From assembly GCA_050012255.1 (NCBI GenBank), contig JBEKHN010000008.1, positions 1 through 64,000 of the forward strand: a stretch of DNA of 64,000 nt, read 5' to 3'. Positions 29,350 to 38,535 of the stretch are shown one piece after another; the stretch's first letter is position 1; the number at the start of each line of letters is the position of its first letter. The stretch is from Candidatus Bathyarchaeia archaeon (GTDB lineage Archaea > Thermoproteota > Bathyarchaeia > Bathyarchaeales > Bathycorpusculaceae). The position numbers were made by a program, and so were the translations under genes. The notes beneath the pieces were generated by a model, which made no database searches, was not told where the DNA came from, and was given only the letters and a program-made list of their open reading frames with translations.

Positions 29350-29495
29350 CCAACACTATCTCCAATATTCAACTTAAAAACACGTTGCCTCATCAAAATC
29401 CTAGACTTCACAGAACCTTGTAGGTCGCTCGCGAAGCAAAGCAAGATAGAAAAAAAGGGGGTTGCGGGAGACGTCTCATGCCGCGCTCTCCATCC

Positions 29496-29526
29496 GTCAT
29501 AGGTTCAAGTCCTATCGCCGGCGCCA
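29496..29526 (+). other. tRNA 3'-half fragment (att-like)
   Basis: ATAGG-TTCAAGT-CCTAT T-arm, CGCCGGC-G-CCA; no matching 5' half upstream. Confidence 0.75.
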
Positions 29527-29560
29527 CAACACTATCGATGACCGCAATTAAATTTCTGGT

Positions 29561-29814
29561 TTACTTGGGTTTTCTTGTTATGCTGTAGGCAAGCCTGAGG
29601 TAATTGTCTCTGATTCTTTTGAGAAAAGCAAATTCACTTGTTGTGACTGGATCTCTAAAATGGAAAACACGGTTTCTCAGGTCTCGAATTTTGACGAGTT
29701 GCTTATCAATTCTCTCTTTTTCTAAGAAGTAGTTCTTGAGCGCCCTCCAGTTCCTGCATATTAGCTGTCTCAGTTCGTCGAAAGAAAGGTCATCAATGGA
29801 AGATGGTTGTGGAC
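29561..29814 (-). pseudogene. Truncated Swt1-like HEPN domain
   Basis: LSFDELRQLI..NW...F, LRNRVFH (RxxxxH); 5' end at GCGCGCGC. Confidence 0.65.
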
Positions 29815-30028
29815 GCGCGCGCTTAGGCCGCAAGGTTCAAACTCAGTTTTGACGTATTCCTTGCACTGCTTAGGCACTTTCTCATAGTTTTCATTTGACA
29901 CGGAAAAATCACCTACCAAGAGTCTCTACGCAAGCGCATCCAATCGAACCAAATCACCACTTCTGAAAACACAGAGACTGGAAGAATCGCTCTTCACGCA
30001 TATGTTTGCGTAGCCTTTCTCTCTTAGC

Positions 30029-30913
30029 TTATAAGAGCGCGCGCTCGCTGTAGCCTTGGTTGAATTTCTTGTTAAGATTTCTGACAATCCACAAAGACAT
30101 GTCATGAAACATACTGATGGAAACCTGCAAATATTGAGAAGAAATATCCATCTGCGCGTCTTTGCCTTGATATCCGGTTTTTGTTCTGTATAGTCTGTTT
30201 GGTAGCCCTTCATTGTGTACTAAGATGTTTCTTCTATAGAACCTTTCCTTGAATTTCCTCCAATTGGCATATTCAGATAGTCTGAGGTTGAGTTTTTGCT
30301 TCATGTATCTATCTATATCCGTAACATCTTGATTCGTTATGTACTGTATTTCTTTCTCGAAAATGTGTTCTTTGATGTCATCATATTTTTCAAGCTTCAG
30401 CAATTCTTCGTATGAGACGCTTTTTTGGGAAGTCATTAGGATTTCCGGTATGGATTGGAAGGTGATCTTAAGAATTCGCCGTAAGAAGATTTCAAACTTG
30501 GCTACTAAGTAAATCAGGCTCATATTCCTAATAAATTTGTTAGAATTGTAAGAAAATCCGTCTGTCTGAAATTTTTGAAGAAGGATCCTAAGGGCATCTT
30601 TGTTGTTCAAGATACTGTCTAGGGACATGTCTTCACCGCTTTGTCTAAATTCATCTGATTGTTCACTCCGACCTTCTAGAGCTAGCATTAGCGTTCTCCA
30701 TTCAGCTTTTGACTTCTCATCTAATCTGCAAGCAAGGGATTCTGCCTTCATTTCGACTTCTTTTCTTCTTCTATGTGTGATGGCGTCAATAGATTTTGGA
30801 AGTTCTTTGTTGAGTTCTTCCAGCAGTGATAGATCTGCTCTTAGGAGAATGTAAGGAATGTAATATGGGCTGAGTTCAATGGGTATCCTCATTTTAGCTG
30901 GGGTCATAAACAT
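30029..30913 (-). CDS. HEPN-domain protein
   Basis: LIYLVAKFEIFL and RRNILVHNEG (RxxxxH). Confidence 0.7.
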   Translation of the reverse strand: MFMTPAKMRIPIELSPYYIPYILLRADLSLLEELNKELPKSIDAITHRRRKEVEMKAESLACRLDEKSKAEWRTLMLALEGRSEQSDEFRQSGEDMSLDSILNNKDALRILLQKFQTDGFSYNSNKFIRNMSLIYLVAKFEIFLRRILKITFQSIPEILMTSQKSVSYEELLKLEKYDDIKEHIFEKEIQYITNQDVTDIDRYMKQKLNLRLSEYANWRKFKERFYRRNILVHNEGLPNRLYRTKTGYQGKDAQMDISSQYLQVSISMFHDMSLWIVRNLNKKFNQGYSERALL

Positions 30914-30969
30914 CCATACAGCATCTATTCTGGTCTATATAGCCACAGGACACTACAACATTCGGCATT

Positions 30970-31113
30970 CTAGATTCTGACCCAACCTTTTCCGCCGCAG
31001 GCTGAGCATCTTAGACCTATTGGGCCTGAAGTTGTGTCGCGACCAGTACCTTTACACAAGCCGCACTCCTTTACTGTGCCTCTGCTTTCAGGAGTTCCGG
31101 GATGATAGTACAA
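30970..31113 (-). CDS. DnaJ-type Zn-finger microprotein, absent from ORF track
   Basis: CGLCKGTG...CSACGGKG; start could extend to 31140. Confidence 0.7.
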   Translation of the reverse strand: MYYHPGTPESRGTVKECGLCKGTGRDTTSGPIGLRCSACGGKGWVRI

Positions 31114-31545
31114 GTCAACTCTCTTTCTTTTCAATTTCACTCACTATTGTTTGGGTTGCATAAAGCATGGTATTAACAATTATGAATCACTGAACAATAT
31201 CATCAATACAGATTTCACGCACATGATACCTGAATACCGCGCGCCCTATTCAGCAGTGGTAACCTTAATCTTCGCCCACGTAAACTAAGGAGCACACAAT
31301 CTAACGGTGTCCGTGTATGTTCCAAACTATGAAAACTACACGAACCGACTGACATGGCTCGTAGCCATTCCCTGACAAACACACTAGCTTTTCATTTTCT
31401 CCGCATCTGTGGCAGAAGCTGGCCAAGGTAAGGGCACGTACAAGACTGAGCTATTCTGCGTGGTTAGAGCACCGTGCGCGTTCGTATCAAAAAAGCAAAA
31501 ACAGGACCCGATGTTGAAAAAGCATAGACTTTCTGGAGCGCGCGA

Positions 31546-31695
31546 CTACTTCTTAACCTGAATGAGCTTGTCTCTAACCGCCTCTGCCACAAACTCGGCT
31601 CGGCTGCGGTATCCTAAAAGCTTCTTATCAAGAATCTTATCAACCTCGTCTGCGAGTTCAACGGGCATCTTGATGTTGACGTACTGTTTGCGCAC
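31546..31695 (-). CDS. Ribbon-helix-helix (CopG/NikR-like) protein, absent from ORF track
   Basis: YVNIKMPVELADEVD...GYRSRAEFVAEAVRDKL. Confidence 0.8.
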   Translation of the reverse strand: MRKQYVNIKMPVELADEVDKILDKKLLGYRSRAEFVAEAVRDKLIQVKK

Positions 31696-31853
31696 GTTTA
31701 TCCTCTTGGTGGTTACTCAACCGCAAATCTTATGAGAATAATGGATAACCTATGACGCATAGGTGCTTCTTTGGAGCCTGAAGTTCACATCGGTAAGGAA
31801 ATCGAGCTGCTCGCGGTCAATACAGCAACAGAAGACAAATTAGGGGTTGCTTC

Positions 31854-32174
31854 ATGAACAAGAGTCTGATTGAGGCAATTGGTGGAACTCTTGCATATAT
31901 AGTTCTGGCAATTATCTGTGGATATTGGGCATGGGTTAGCTACTTGGGTTTCTACGACTCATTTCAACGCTTGGTTTGGAATTGGGACGACTTCTATTTT
32001 ATGGTTTTCGCTATATTCGTTTCTGGACTATTTGTAGGCATGTTTGGTTCAATAGTTTCAATGGTGAATAGTATAAGAAAAGAAGCAAGGAAAGAACAGG
32101 AAAGGCAAAAGCTGAAGGGCGAAATCAAGAAGGAACTTGAAATGGAAAAACAGAAAAAAGAAGCCCCAACATAA
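31854..32174 (+). CDS. Two-TM membrane protein with charged tail
   Basis: Hydrophobicity pattern. Confidence 0.6.
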   Translation: MNKSLIEAIGGTLAYIVLAIICGYWAWVSYLGFYDSFQRLVWNWDDFYFMVFAIFVSGLFVGMFGSIVSMVNSIRKEARKEQERQKLKGEIKKELEMEKQKKEAPT

Positions 32175-32340
32175 AGGCTTAGTCATAGATTTCAATACAT
32201 GCCTCGTCTCAGAGTACAGTTGTCAAAGCGCGCGCTTCCGTCACGTTCATGTTAGCGGGTGTGGTAAATTACAATCGGGGAACAATAACTCCCCCGGTAT
32301 GATATATTGGCAATCCAAAAGAGAAAAAGAGTAATTGACT

Positions 32341-33450
32341 CTACGGCCAACCCGTTTTGAATATCTCATTGATTAGTCGAAAGAACCCATCCGCGTCATA
32401 TCCCAATTTTCTTGTCGGTTCTTCTGCAGAAATGAGGTCATCGATTGGATCACTGCCTTTTCTTGGCTTAATTAGGAAGATCTTTTCTCGAAACCTGTGG
32501 ACATAGTCACGCAGAATGTAGTTGTCACTACCACTATATCCAATAACAAAAACTATTGGAGAATCCTGTGTCAGATTTGTGACCTCATCCCAAACTTTCG
32601 ATTGACTTCTATCGATTCTTTCGCTTGGCATCACTATTCTTGGAGGCTTTAGGTCAACGTTGTGAAAGCTGCATTTCAATGGTCCAGTAGAAGAAATTGT
32701 CGGGTCGAAAATCCGGAATTTTTCTGGTCCCAGACACATTGGACATTCGTAGTAAAGCGCGTTTCCGTGAATTTTGTATACTACAATAATATCTTCAGGA
32801 TCAAGCTGCCGTAGGTGTTCTAAGTCCTCGTCAGAAGAACAGATGACTAGCTTCTTCTCCGGAGGGAAGTGCCAATCCGTACGATAAGATGCATAGGCCT
32901 TCTCGAAAAGAGAATCCCAATTTGTTGTAATCAGTGCCACGATATGCCCATCATTCATTTCTTTGATAATTCTCTTATGAGCATAAGTAGGTGCTGCATT
33001 CCAGTTGCCGAGATTAAACCATTGAATGAATCTTCTTAGATTGTCTGGCTCATTTCTCAGTTGATTTACAGCATCATCTAGTGAATTAGATTGAACACCT
33101 GTTAGCTCTCTTATTTTTGAAAGTACTTCATGCCCACCAGGAACGCCCGCTGGCATCGAAATGCCAGCACCTGCAAAGACTATTGAATGACTGTGAAAGC
33201 ATATGTGAGTAGTCGCAAATCTAAGTATCAGAGGGTAACTCGTAAGGAAAACATCCAAATCCCCTAATTGCTTGAACCACTTTTCGTCTGATCGATAATG
33301 TGAATCTACTTGTTTTTTCCACCACGTAGCCATTTTTCGATCTACACACCTTGTCTTATCAACAGAAAGAACAAAAGATTTTCCTCGCCAAAGAATTAGA
33401 CTTTCCACTGAGTACTGAGAAAGAAAGTGAAAAGCGCGCGCGGTCTTCAA
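32341..33450 (-). CDS. Sir2-family (SIR2_2-like) NAD+-consuming protein
   Basis: FAGAGIS, ITTNWD, KIHG, IGYSGSD, CPMC; start may be 33333. Confidence 0.8.
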   Translation of the reverse strand: MKTARAFHFLSQYSVESLILWRGKSFVLSVDKTRCVDRKMATWWKKQVDSHYRSDEKWFKQLGDLDVFLTSYPLILRFATTHICFHSHSIVFAGAGISMPAGVPGGHEVLSKIRELTGVQSNSLDDAVNQLRNEPDNLRRFIQWFNLGNWNAAPTYAHKRIIKEMNDGHIVALITTNWDSLFEKAYASYRTDWHFPPEKKLVICSSDEDLEHLRQLDPEDIIVVYKIHGNALYYECPMCLGPEKFRIFDPTISSTGPLKCSFHNVDLKPPRIVMPSERIDRSQSKVWDEVTNLTQDSPIVFVIGYSGSDNYILRDYVHRFREKIFLIKPRKGSDPIDDLISAEEPTRKLGYDADGFFRLINEIFKTGWP

Positions 33451-33576
33451 CCATATGTTACATTGAGGCAGGCGATCGGAGATTTGCCCTCTCCTAATGC
33501 AGGCGAATATTGGGGCGAAAACCAGTTTCCCTTCTTCTACATGTCCAGAAATCGAAGGCGAACCTGGGGCAAAGTC
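33443..33576 (+). pseudogene. Internal fragment of a C5 DNA cytosine methyltransferase
   Basis: PYVTLRQAIGDLP...YMSRNRRRTW; bracketed by GCGCGCGC runs. Confidence 0.7.
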
Positions 33577-33583
33577 GCGCGCG

Positions 33584-34549
33584 CTAATGAACTGAACTGC
33601 AATTGGTCGTTTTCATTTGGTTTCCCAGCTTTTCCCCTCTGCGGCGAAATTCTCTTGAAACGAAATAGTCATTAACCAAGGAAAAGAACTTGTTCATTCT
33701 CGAATACAGTTGAGGTATGTCTGGAAAAGCACATCCATATTCTTTTCTTATATTGGCAACCCTATAAACATCGCCTGGTTCAAGTTTTTTGATGTTACTC
33801 TCGAAAAAATCCAACAATTCAAAGAAATTCCCTTTTCCTTTTAAGTCTTGAAATGTTTTTTCATACTTGTCTCTTAGTTCGTAGATTTTCTTTATCATTT
33901 TATCGGAGCGCCTGAATCTACTGATTGTAAAATGATCTGGATAGGTTGATCGCCCCCAGAACCTGCCGACTTGTTCATGTTCGATAAGATCGTCACGCAC
34001 ATTTTTTAGATCCGAATACCAAGCCTTGCATCCATCGACGATCTCTGAATATTCCTTATTTCCTTCAATTTCGATTTTAGTGAATTTCCTAATATGATCA
34101 TTAAAACTTCTATTAGGAAGTTCATTAGCCCATTTAGACTCTGCTTTGTTTCTGGAAGTAAGTATCATTAGTATTTTGAAAAGCTTGACGTATTTCTCCA
34201 TTAAGATGTGAGCATGTAGGAACCAATCTTCTACATCCAAGTTTAGTCTAAACTCATGCTTTGAATACTCATCGATTATTTTGACCTCTCCCTCAGAAAG
34301 TTTGTATTCTCCGTCTTCCTCCCAGTAGTGAATCTCAGCTTGGATAGCCCAGTATTCACTATCTAGTCGAAGATCTTTGAGAATACGATCCCATATTTCT
34401 GTCAGAAAGAGTTGAGTCATCCGAAAAGAACGATAGTACATGTTATACGGCGCTAACTTGGCTTTCTCATAGTGTTCATTCAAATTCCGAGAAAGCTCGA
34501 GAATCAAGCTCTTACTGGTAAGGTTTTCCAATTCTATGTAAAGCATCAA
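33584..34549 (-). CDS. Hypothetical protein, possibly HEPN-like
   Basis: Long AT-rich ORF, LKNVRDDLIEH. Confidence 0.55.
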   Translation of the reverse strand: MMLYIELENLTSKSLILELSRNLNEHYEKAKLAPYNMYYRSFRMTQLFLTEIWDRILKDLRLDSEYWAIQAEIHYWEEDGEYKLSEGEVKIIDEYSKHEFRLNLDVEDWFLHAHILMEKYVKLFKILMILTSRNKAESKWANELPNRSFNDHIRKFTKIEIEGNKEYSEIVDGCKAWYSDLKNVRDDLIEHEQVGRFWGRSTYPDHFTISRFRRSDKMIKKIYELRDKYEKTFQDLKGKGNFFELLDFFESNIKKLEPGDVYRVANIRKEYGCAFPDIPQLYSRMNKFFSLVNDYFVSREFRRRGEKLGNQMKTTNCSSVH

Positions 34550-34602
34550 ATGTCACCGAATTGAACCATGTAAAAGAACAAGCCCTCGATCTCCTTGATT
34601 CT

Positions 34603-35019
34603 TTAGGGTCTGGCCCGAGCGCAGGTGTTCCTCAGGTTTTTTAAACCAAACTCGCCTTCTCTCTCCACAATAAAATACTGGGGGTTTTCGGCAATACGAT
34701 CCTTGAGCATTTGTTCCTCAGTTCGCTTCAGCCTAAGATAAGCCTCAGCGGCTCTCCAGCCTTTTTGGAATGCCAGAACTCGTTCTTTTAAGTCATCCGT
34801 CGGACACCACTTGTCTAGCGCCTTCTTTGCTATGCCCTCCTTTCTCAGCTCCTTCAGATGACGATAGATGTGATCTCTTTTCATTCCTACACTATCATCT
34901 AAGCGTGTCACACTTATTACATCTTGTTTAAGCAAACACTTGATAATCGACCAGTGGTTCCTACGCCATTTAACTTGCTGGTCTTCGGTTCTTCCCTTTT
35001 TCCTTCCTGCGAGCGGCAA
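34603..35019 (-). CDS. Winged HTH regulator
   Basis: ISVTRLDDSVGMKRDHIYRHLKELRKEG; divergent from 35127. Confidence 0.6.
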   Translation of the reverse strand: MPLAGRKKGRTEDQQVKWRRNHWSIIKCLLKQDVISVTRLDDSVGMKRDHIYRHLKELRKEGIAKKALDKWCPTDDLKERVLAFQKGWRAAEAYLRLKRTEEQMLKDRIAENPQYFIVEREGEFGLKNLRNTCARARP

Positions 35020-35126
35020 CTTTCAACGCCACTTAACTTGCATTCGGGGGGGCAAACAGTCCCCTCAAAATTTGTATGTTTTCGTTATAATAACGTTTTT
35101 GATCGTTGAAAACGAGGTGTTAATGA

Positions 35127-35402
35127 TTGGATGAAGAGAGACTAAAGCAGAGAATTGTCGAGTTTATCCGGAAAGCGAGGAGGCCTCTTGACATCAATCA
35201 CATCGCCAAGCATTTTGGTCTTTGTTGGTGGCCCACCTACCGGCTCATCACCGAAATCATCATAGAAACACTGAAAAGCGACCCAGGAGGTGCGGCTGAG
35301 CTGCCTTTTGTTCTCGTCAAATCCACTAAGAGCTTCATTGTGTTGCCAAAACACTTGTCACCGATGACTGAAATCAAAATCGGTAAGAATGGTGGTGACT
35401 GA
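35127..35402 (+). CDS. HTH protein of integrative element
   Basis: PLDINHIAKHFGLCWWPTYRLI. Confidence 0.6.
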   Translation: MDEERLKQRIVEFIRKARRPLDINHIAKHFGLCWWPTYRLITEIIIETLKSDPGGAAELPFVLVKSTKSFIVLPKHLSPMTEIKIGKNGGD

Positions 35403-36265
35403 TGGGAAGCTTCACACTTACGGATGAAGATAATGGGAATCCTTGCGGAAACGAGGAGCGAGAAAAAGAATTATCTGCGTCATTGGCGAGTTCCCACAGC
35501 GAAGGTGAAGTTTCACATACGGTCAAAAGTGAGGCCCAGACAAAGCGTCAGTTGATCATTCAATACCATCGAAACGACCCTCGAATGAAAGCTTCTGAGA
35601 TAGCTCAGAGAGTCAAGACCAGCGTCGGATACGTGTGGAATGTTCTCTCCCACTATAAGAAAAGAGTGAGTTCTGAACGATGGGGTTCTAGGCGTTTGTA
35701 TGGTGGTGTGAGGGGGGCTTGCTTTTACGAGGATGCAGTTCTTCCTGAGTGGTATGGGGAATTGAGGGCTCCTGTTGTCAATAGTCGTACAGGTATGAAG
35801 CAGGTTGGTTTTAAAGGTAAGGGAGATCCTTGTAGTCTCCAGCTTCATCGCAATGGTCGTGCCATCGTTTTTCCCCATGCGTTGGGTTGGCAAGATTGGC
35901 TCGTCGACAGGCTGGTTGAGTGTGGTTGGGAACGTTCAAGGGGTAGTCTTTTGGCTGATAATTGTCGACTGATGGTGAAGGTTCTAGAGGCAGGGGTCAA
36001 GATCCCTGACGGTTACTTGCCTAAGGATTTAATGATCAAGACCGCTTGGGGCTTCATGCTGGTAAGGGATGACTCTCCCACGAAGAACACGTTGGAGATC
36101 AAAATTAGCGTGCCAGATCTTGAGCGTTATCTAGGGCTTCCAGAGATCAAGAAGGATTTACAGCTTTTGGTTCAAGGTGGTCTCACTCATAGTCAGCTTT
36201 TGCGGGCGGTGGTCGCGATGCTACTTCAACAGAGAGCGAATGAAAAGACGCAACGAAGGGATTAA
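35402..36265 (+). CDS. HTH-containing element protein (possibly replication-related)
   Basis: MKASEIAQRVKTSVGYVWNVLS; C-terminal RDDSP...LEI; coupled to upstream gene. Confidence 0.55.
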   Translation: MGSFTLTDEDNGNPCGNEEREKELSASLASSHSEGEVSHTVKSEAQTKRQLIIQYHRNDPRMKASEIAQRVKTSVGYVWNVLSHYKKRVSSERWGSRRLYGGVRGACFYEDAVLPEWYGELRAPVVNSRTGMKQVGFKGKGDPCSLQLHRNGRAIVFPHALGWQDWLVDRLVECGWERSRGSLLADNCRLMVKVLEAGVKIPDGYLPKDLMIKTAWGFMLVRDDSPTKNTLEIKISVPDLERYLGLPEIKKDLQLLVQGGLTHSQLLRAVVAMLLQQRANEKTQRRD

Positions 36266-36365
36266 CGCGTTAAGCAGGAGAGGGAAGAGACGAACCGCGA
36301 AAATTGGATGGATGCTGGCATAGGAAGTGGCGACACAGTGGAGCAAGGAGTCTGACGGCTGAAAT

Positions 36366-36647
36366 ATGGTTAGGGCTAACAGAAACTTCAGGACCAATAG
36401 CCAGAAGGAGAGAAGTATTTCCCTGATATACGTAAAATATAGGGATCATGTTCTCTTCAAGAGATGCAATCATTCCAATATGAAGCCTAGCATCAGGGAA
36501 GTTGTCGGCTGGCTGGTTCTTGAAACGAACGATGCTATTTGCGTCTGTTGTGATCGATCAGTTGAGCCTCTTCCCTATGAGAAACCCTCAGAATCAGGCC
36601 TACTCATCCTGAAAAGTGATGTGTTGGAGAGAAAAGAACTTGAGTGA
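36366..36647 (+). CDS. Hypothetical element protein
   Basis: YVKYRDHVLF...EVVGWLV...GLLILKSDV. Confidence 0.6.
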   Translation: MVRANRNFRTNSQKERSISLIYVKYRDHVLFKRCNHSNMKPSIREVVGWLVLETNDAICVCCDRSVEPLPYEKPSESGLLILKSDVLERKELE

Positions 36648-36648
36648 T

Positions 36649-36798
36649 CTATACTTCGATCGTGATATAGATTTTATCGCCTTCTTCAACAAAGGCCAAG
36701 GTGTCCCCAACGGAGACCTTCAGTTTGCTTCTTACTTCCCCTGGTATAGTAACTTGGTATCTAGAGGTTATCTTGCTTGCACCAACTATCTTGGGCAT
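36649..36798 (-). CDS. AbrB/MazE/SpoVT DNA-binding protein
   Basis: KITSRYQVTIPGEVRSKLKVSVGD. Confidence 0.85.
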   Translation of the reverse strand: MPKIVGASKITSRYQVTIPGEVRSKLKVSVGDTLAFVEEGDKIYITIEV

Positions 36799-36901
36799 AC
36801 TCTCGCCAAGATAGAGAAGATAGGCAAGACTTATAAGAGTATTCTTACTTGGATATCTTGGAGATAAGAACCCCAAGAATCAAAAAAGAGGAAATAGAGA
36901 A

Positions 36902-38221
36902 ATGCAGAGGCTAGCCAGAGAGGACGGAGAAATCGTTGACGAGCTCCAAGGCTTGATTAGTGAGGTTGCTTCTCCCAGAGAGAGAAAGGCAAGACAATAC
37001 ATAGTAAGTTCTTTCAAGGGCAAGATGGCTTCGCTAATACCCTTTTCCTATGAGAACGAGTCGATCATTAAACTGGCTTCATACCTCCTGAAGTACACGA
37101 CTGGAAGCAAGTACACACTTTACCAGTACGTCTTCGGAGTACATAGATTCAGCAAATGGATAAACAGGAAGCCAGACGACATGGTTGGAGAAGCCCTCTT
37201 GGACAAGAGAGCCGCTGACAACTACATCAGAAAGATGGATGACTTCGTGGGAGACCTCCAAGCAGAAGGACTTGCCCCGGGAACAATCAACAACCATGTG
37301 AAAGGCGTCAGAGCCCTCTTCAGGATTAACGGAGTGAACTTGGAACTTCCTTACCGTGTGCCAAAGAAGGTCATGTACCCAGATAGGGCTCCCACACCAG
37401 AAGAACTAGCCAAGGTCATAGACATGGCAGACATCAGAGAAAAGGTGATAGTCAGTCTTTTGGCCTTGAGCGGGGTTAGAATAGGCACTCTTGTGAAGCT
37501 CCAGTACCGCCACGTGAAGAAAGACCTTGAAAACGGAACAGTGCCCGTTCACATGCACATCGAGGCAGAGATCACCAAGGGCAAGTACCATGACTATGAC
37601 ACATTCATAGGGTCTGAGGGGGTCGAATACTTGAAGGCATACCTAAGCGCAAGAAGAGCCGGAAATGAAAGAATGGAAGGGGGACGCATGAGAGGGATGC
37701 CTCCGGAGGAGATAACGGACTCTTCTCCTCTGATAAGGAACGAACACCAAAAGACGACTGAAATCGTATCGCCAGGCATCATCCACTGCGTTATTCACAG
37801 CCTTTACCTTAGGACTGGTTTGATCCAAAAAGGGAGCGGAAGAAGGTATCAGCTGAGAGCTCATTCGATAAGGAAATATTTCAGGACACAACTCGGATCA
37901 ATAAGCACTATTCCGACTGACTACATCGAGTATATGATGGGGCACACTATCAGCACTTACAACGACATCAAGATGAAGGGAGTGGAATACCTCAGAAACC
38001 TCTACGCCTCCAGCGGCTTAAGCATCAGGCCGAAGACAAGAATCTCTAAGATTGAACGTCTGAAGATGTTCGCTGAATCCTTGGGCTTGAATCCCAATGA
38101 AGTCCTATCCGAGGACGCTCTAGCCATGCCCCACAGAACAGTTGTCGATCCAGAACAGAGGAAGATAGAAGTCCTCAATCAAGCGTTAAAAGAAGCCATA
38201 CTGAAGGAGCTCCGACAATGA
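36902..38221 (+). CDS. Tyrosine recombinase/integrase
   Basis: SGVRIG (R), KGK, HSIRKYF (HxxR), MMGH, Y. Confidence 0.92.
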   Translation: MQRLAREDGEIVDELQGLISEVASPRERKARQYIVSSFKGKMASLIPFSYENESIIKLASYLLKYTTGSKYTLYQYVFGVHRFSKWINRKPDDMVGEALLDKRAADNYIRKMDDFVGDLQAEGLAPGTINNHVKGVRALFRINGVNLELPYRVPKKVMYPDRAPTPEELAKVIDMADIREKVIVSLLALSGVRIGTLVKLQYRHVKKDLENGTVPVHMHIEAEITKGKYHDYDTFIGSEGVEYLKAYLSARRAGNERMEGGRMRGMPPEEITDSSPLIRNEHQKTTEIVSPGIIHCVIHSLYLRTGLIQKGSGRRYQLRAHSIRKYFRTQLGSISTIPTDYIEYMMGHTISTYNDIKMKGVEYLRNLYASSGLSIRPKTRISKIERLKMFAESLGLNPNEVLSEDALAMPHRTVVDPEQRKIEVLNQALKEAILKELRQ

Positions 38222-38251
38222 CACAAAAGTATTCTCTTACATGTGTACAGG

Positions 38252-38268
38252 TCTCTCCCGGGCTACCA
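38252..38268 (+). other. tRNA 3'-end fragment (att-like, Gln-type acceptor)
   Basis: TCTCTC-CCGGGCT-A-CCA, 30 bp after integrase stop. Confidence 0.5.
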
Positions 38269-38356
38269 TTTCCAGGATGCGAATTCCTACTTTTTGCGTC
38301 ATTTTCACGGACCTCTGTAACCATCAATCGAGTCGGCGATGGATAGACTAGAAATA

Positions 38357-38389
38357 GAATTGGGCTCAATTCTGAAAAACGTTAAATAA
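38357..38389 (+). promoter_or_regulatory. Conserved operator + BRE/TATA, copy 1
   Basis: GAATTGGGCTCAATTCTGAAAAACGTTAAATAA; similar at 41257 and 42162. Confidence 0.65.
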
Positions 38390-38535
38390 TACACAGTTCC
38401 TGAGGACGCACTATAACCCGTGCGCTACGGCGGGGAAAGGGAAAAACTACGGTAGACAAGATTGGATCAAAGCTTGAGGCGAAGTCCGACTATCGTTCTT
38501 CACGCATCTTAGGGGTTGCGTTCCCAGCTGTTTAC

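Larger units (their letters stand above)
20820..38268. mobile_element. Decayed composite integrative/defence island
   Basis: Integrase at right end followed by a tRNA 3' fragment, second tRNA fragment, nuclease/HEPN/Sir2 cargo, pseudogenes, AT-richer; left boundary approximate. Confidence 0.7.

Noticed and set aside
36902-38221. Integrase as an integron integrase
   Set aside because: No recognisable IntI-specific insertion and no attC-like GTTRRRY repeats seen
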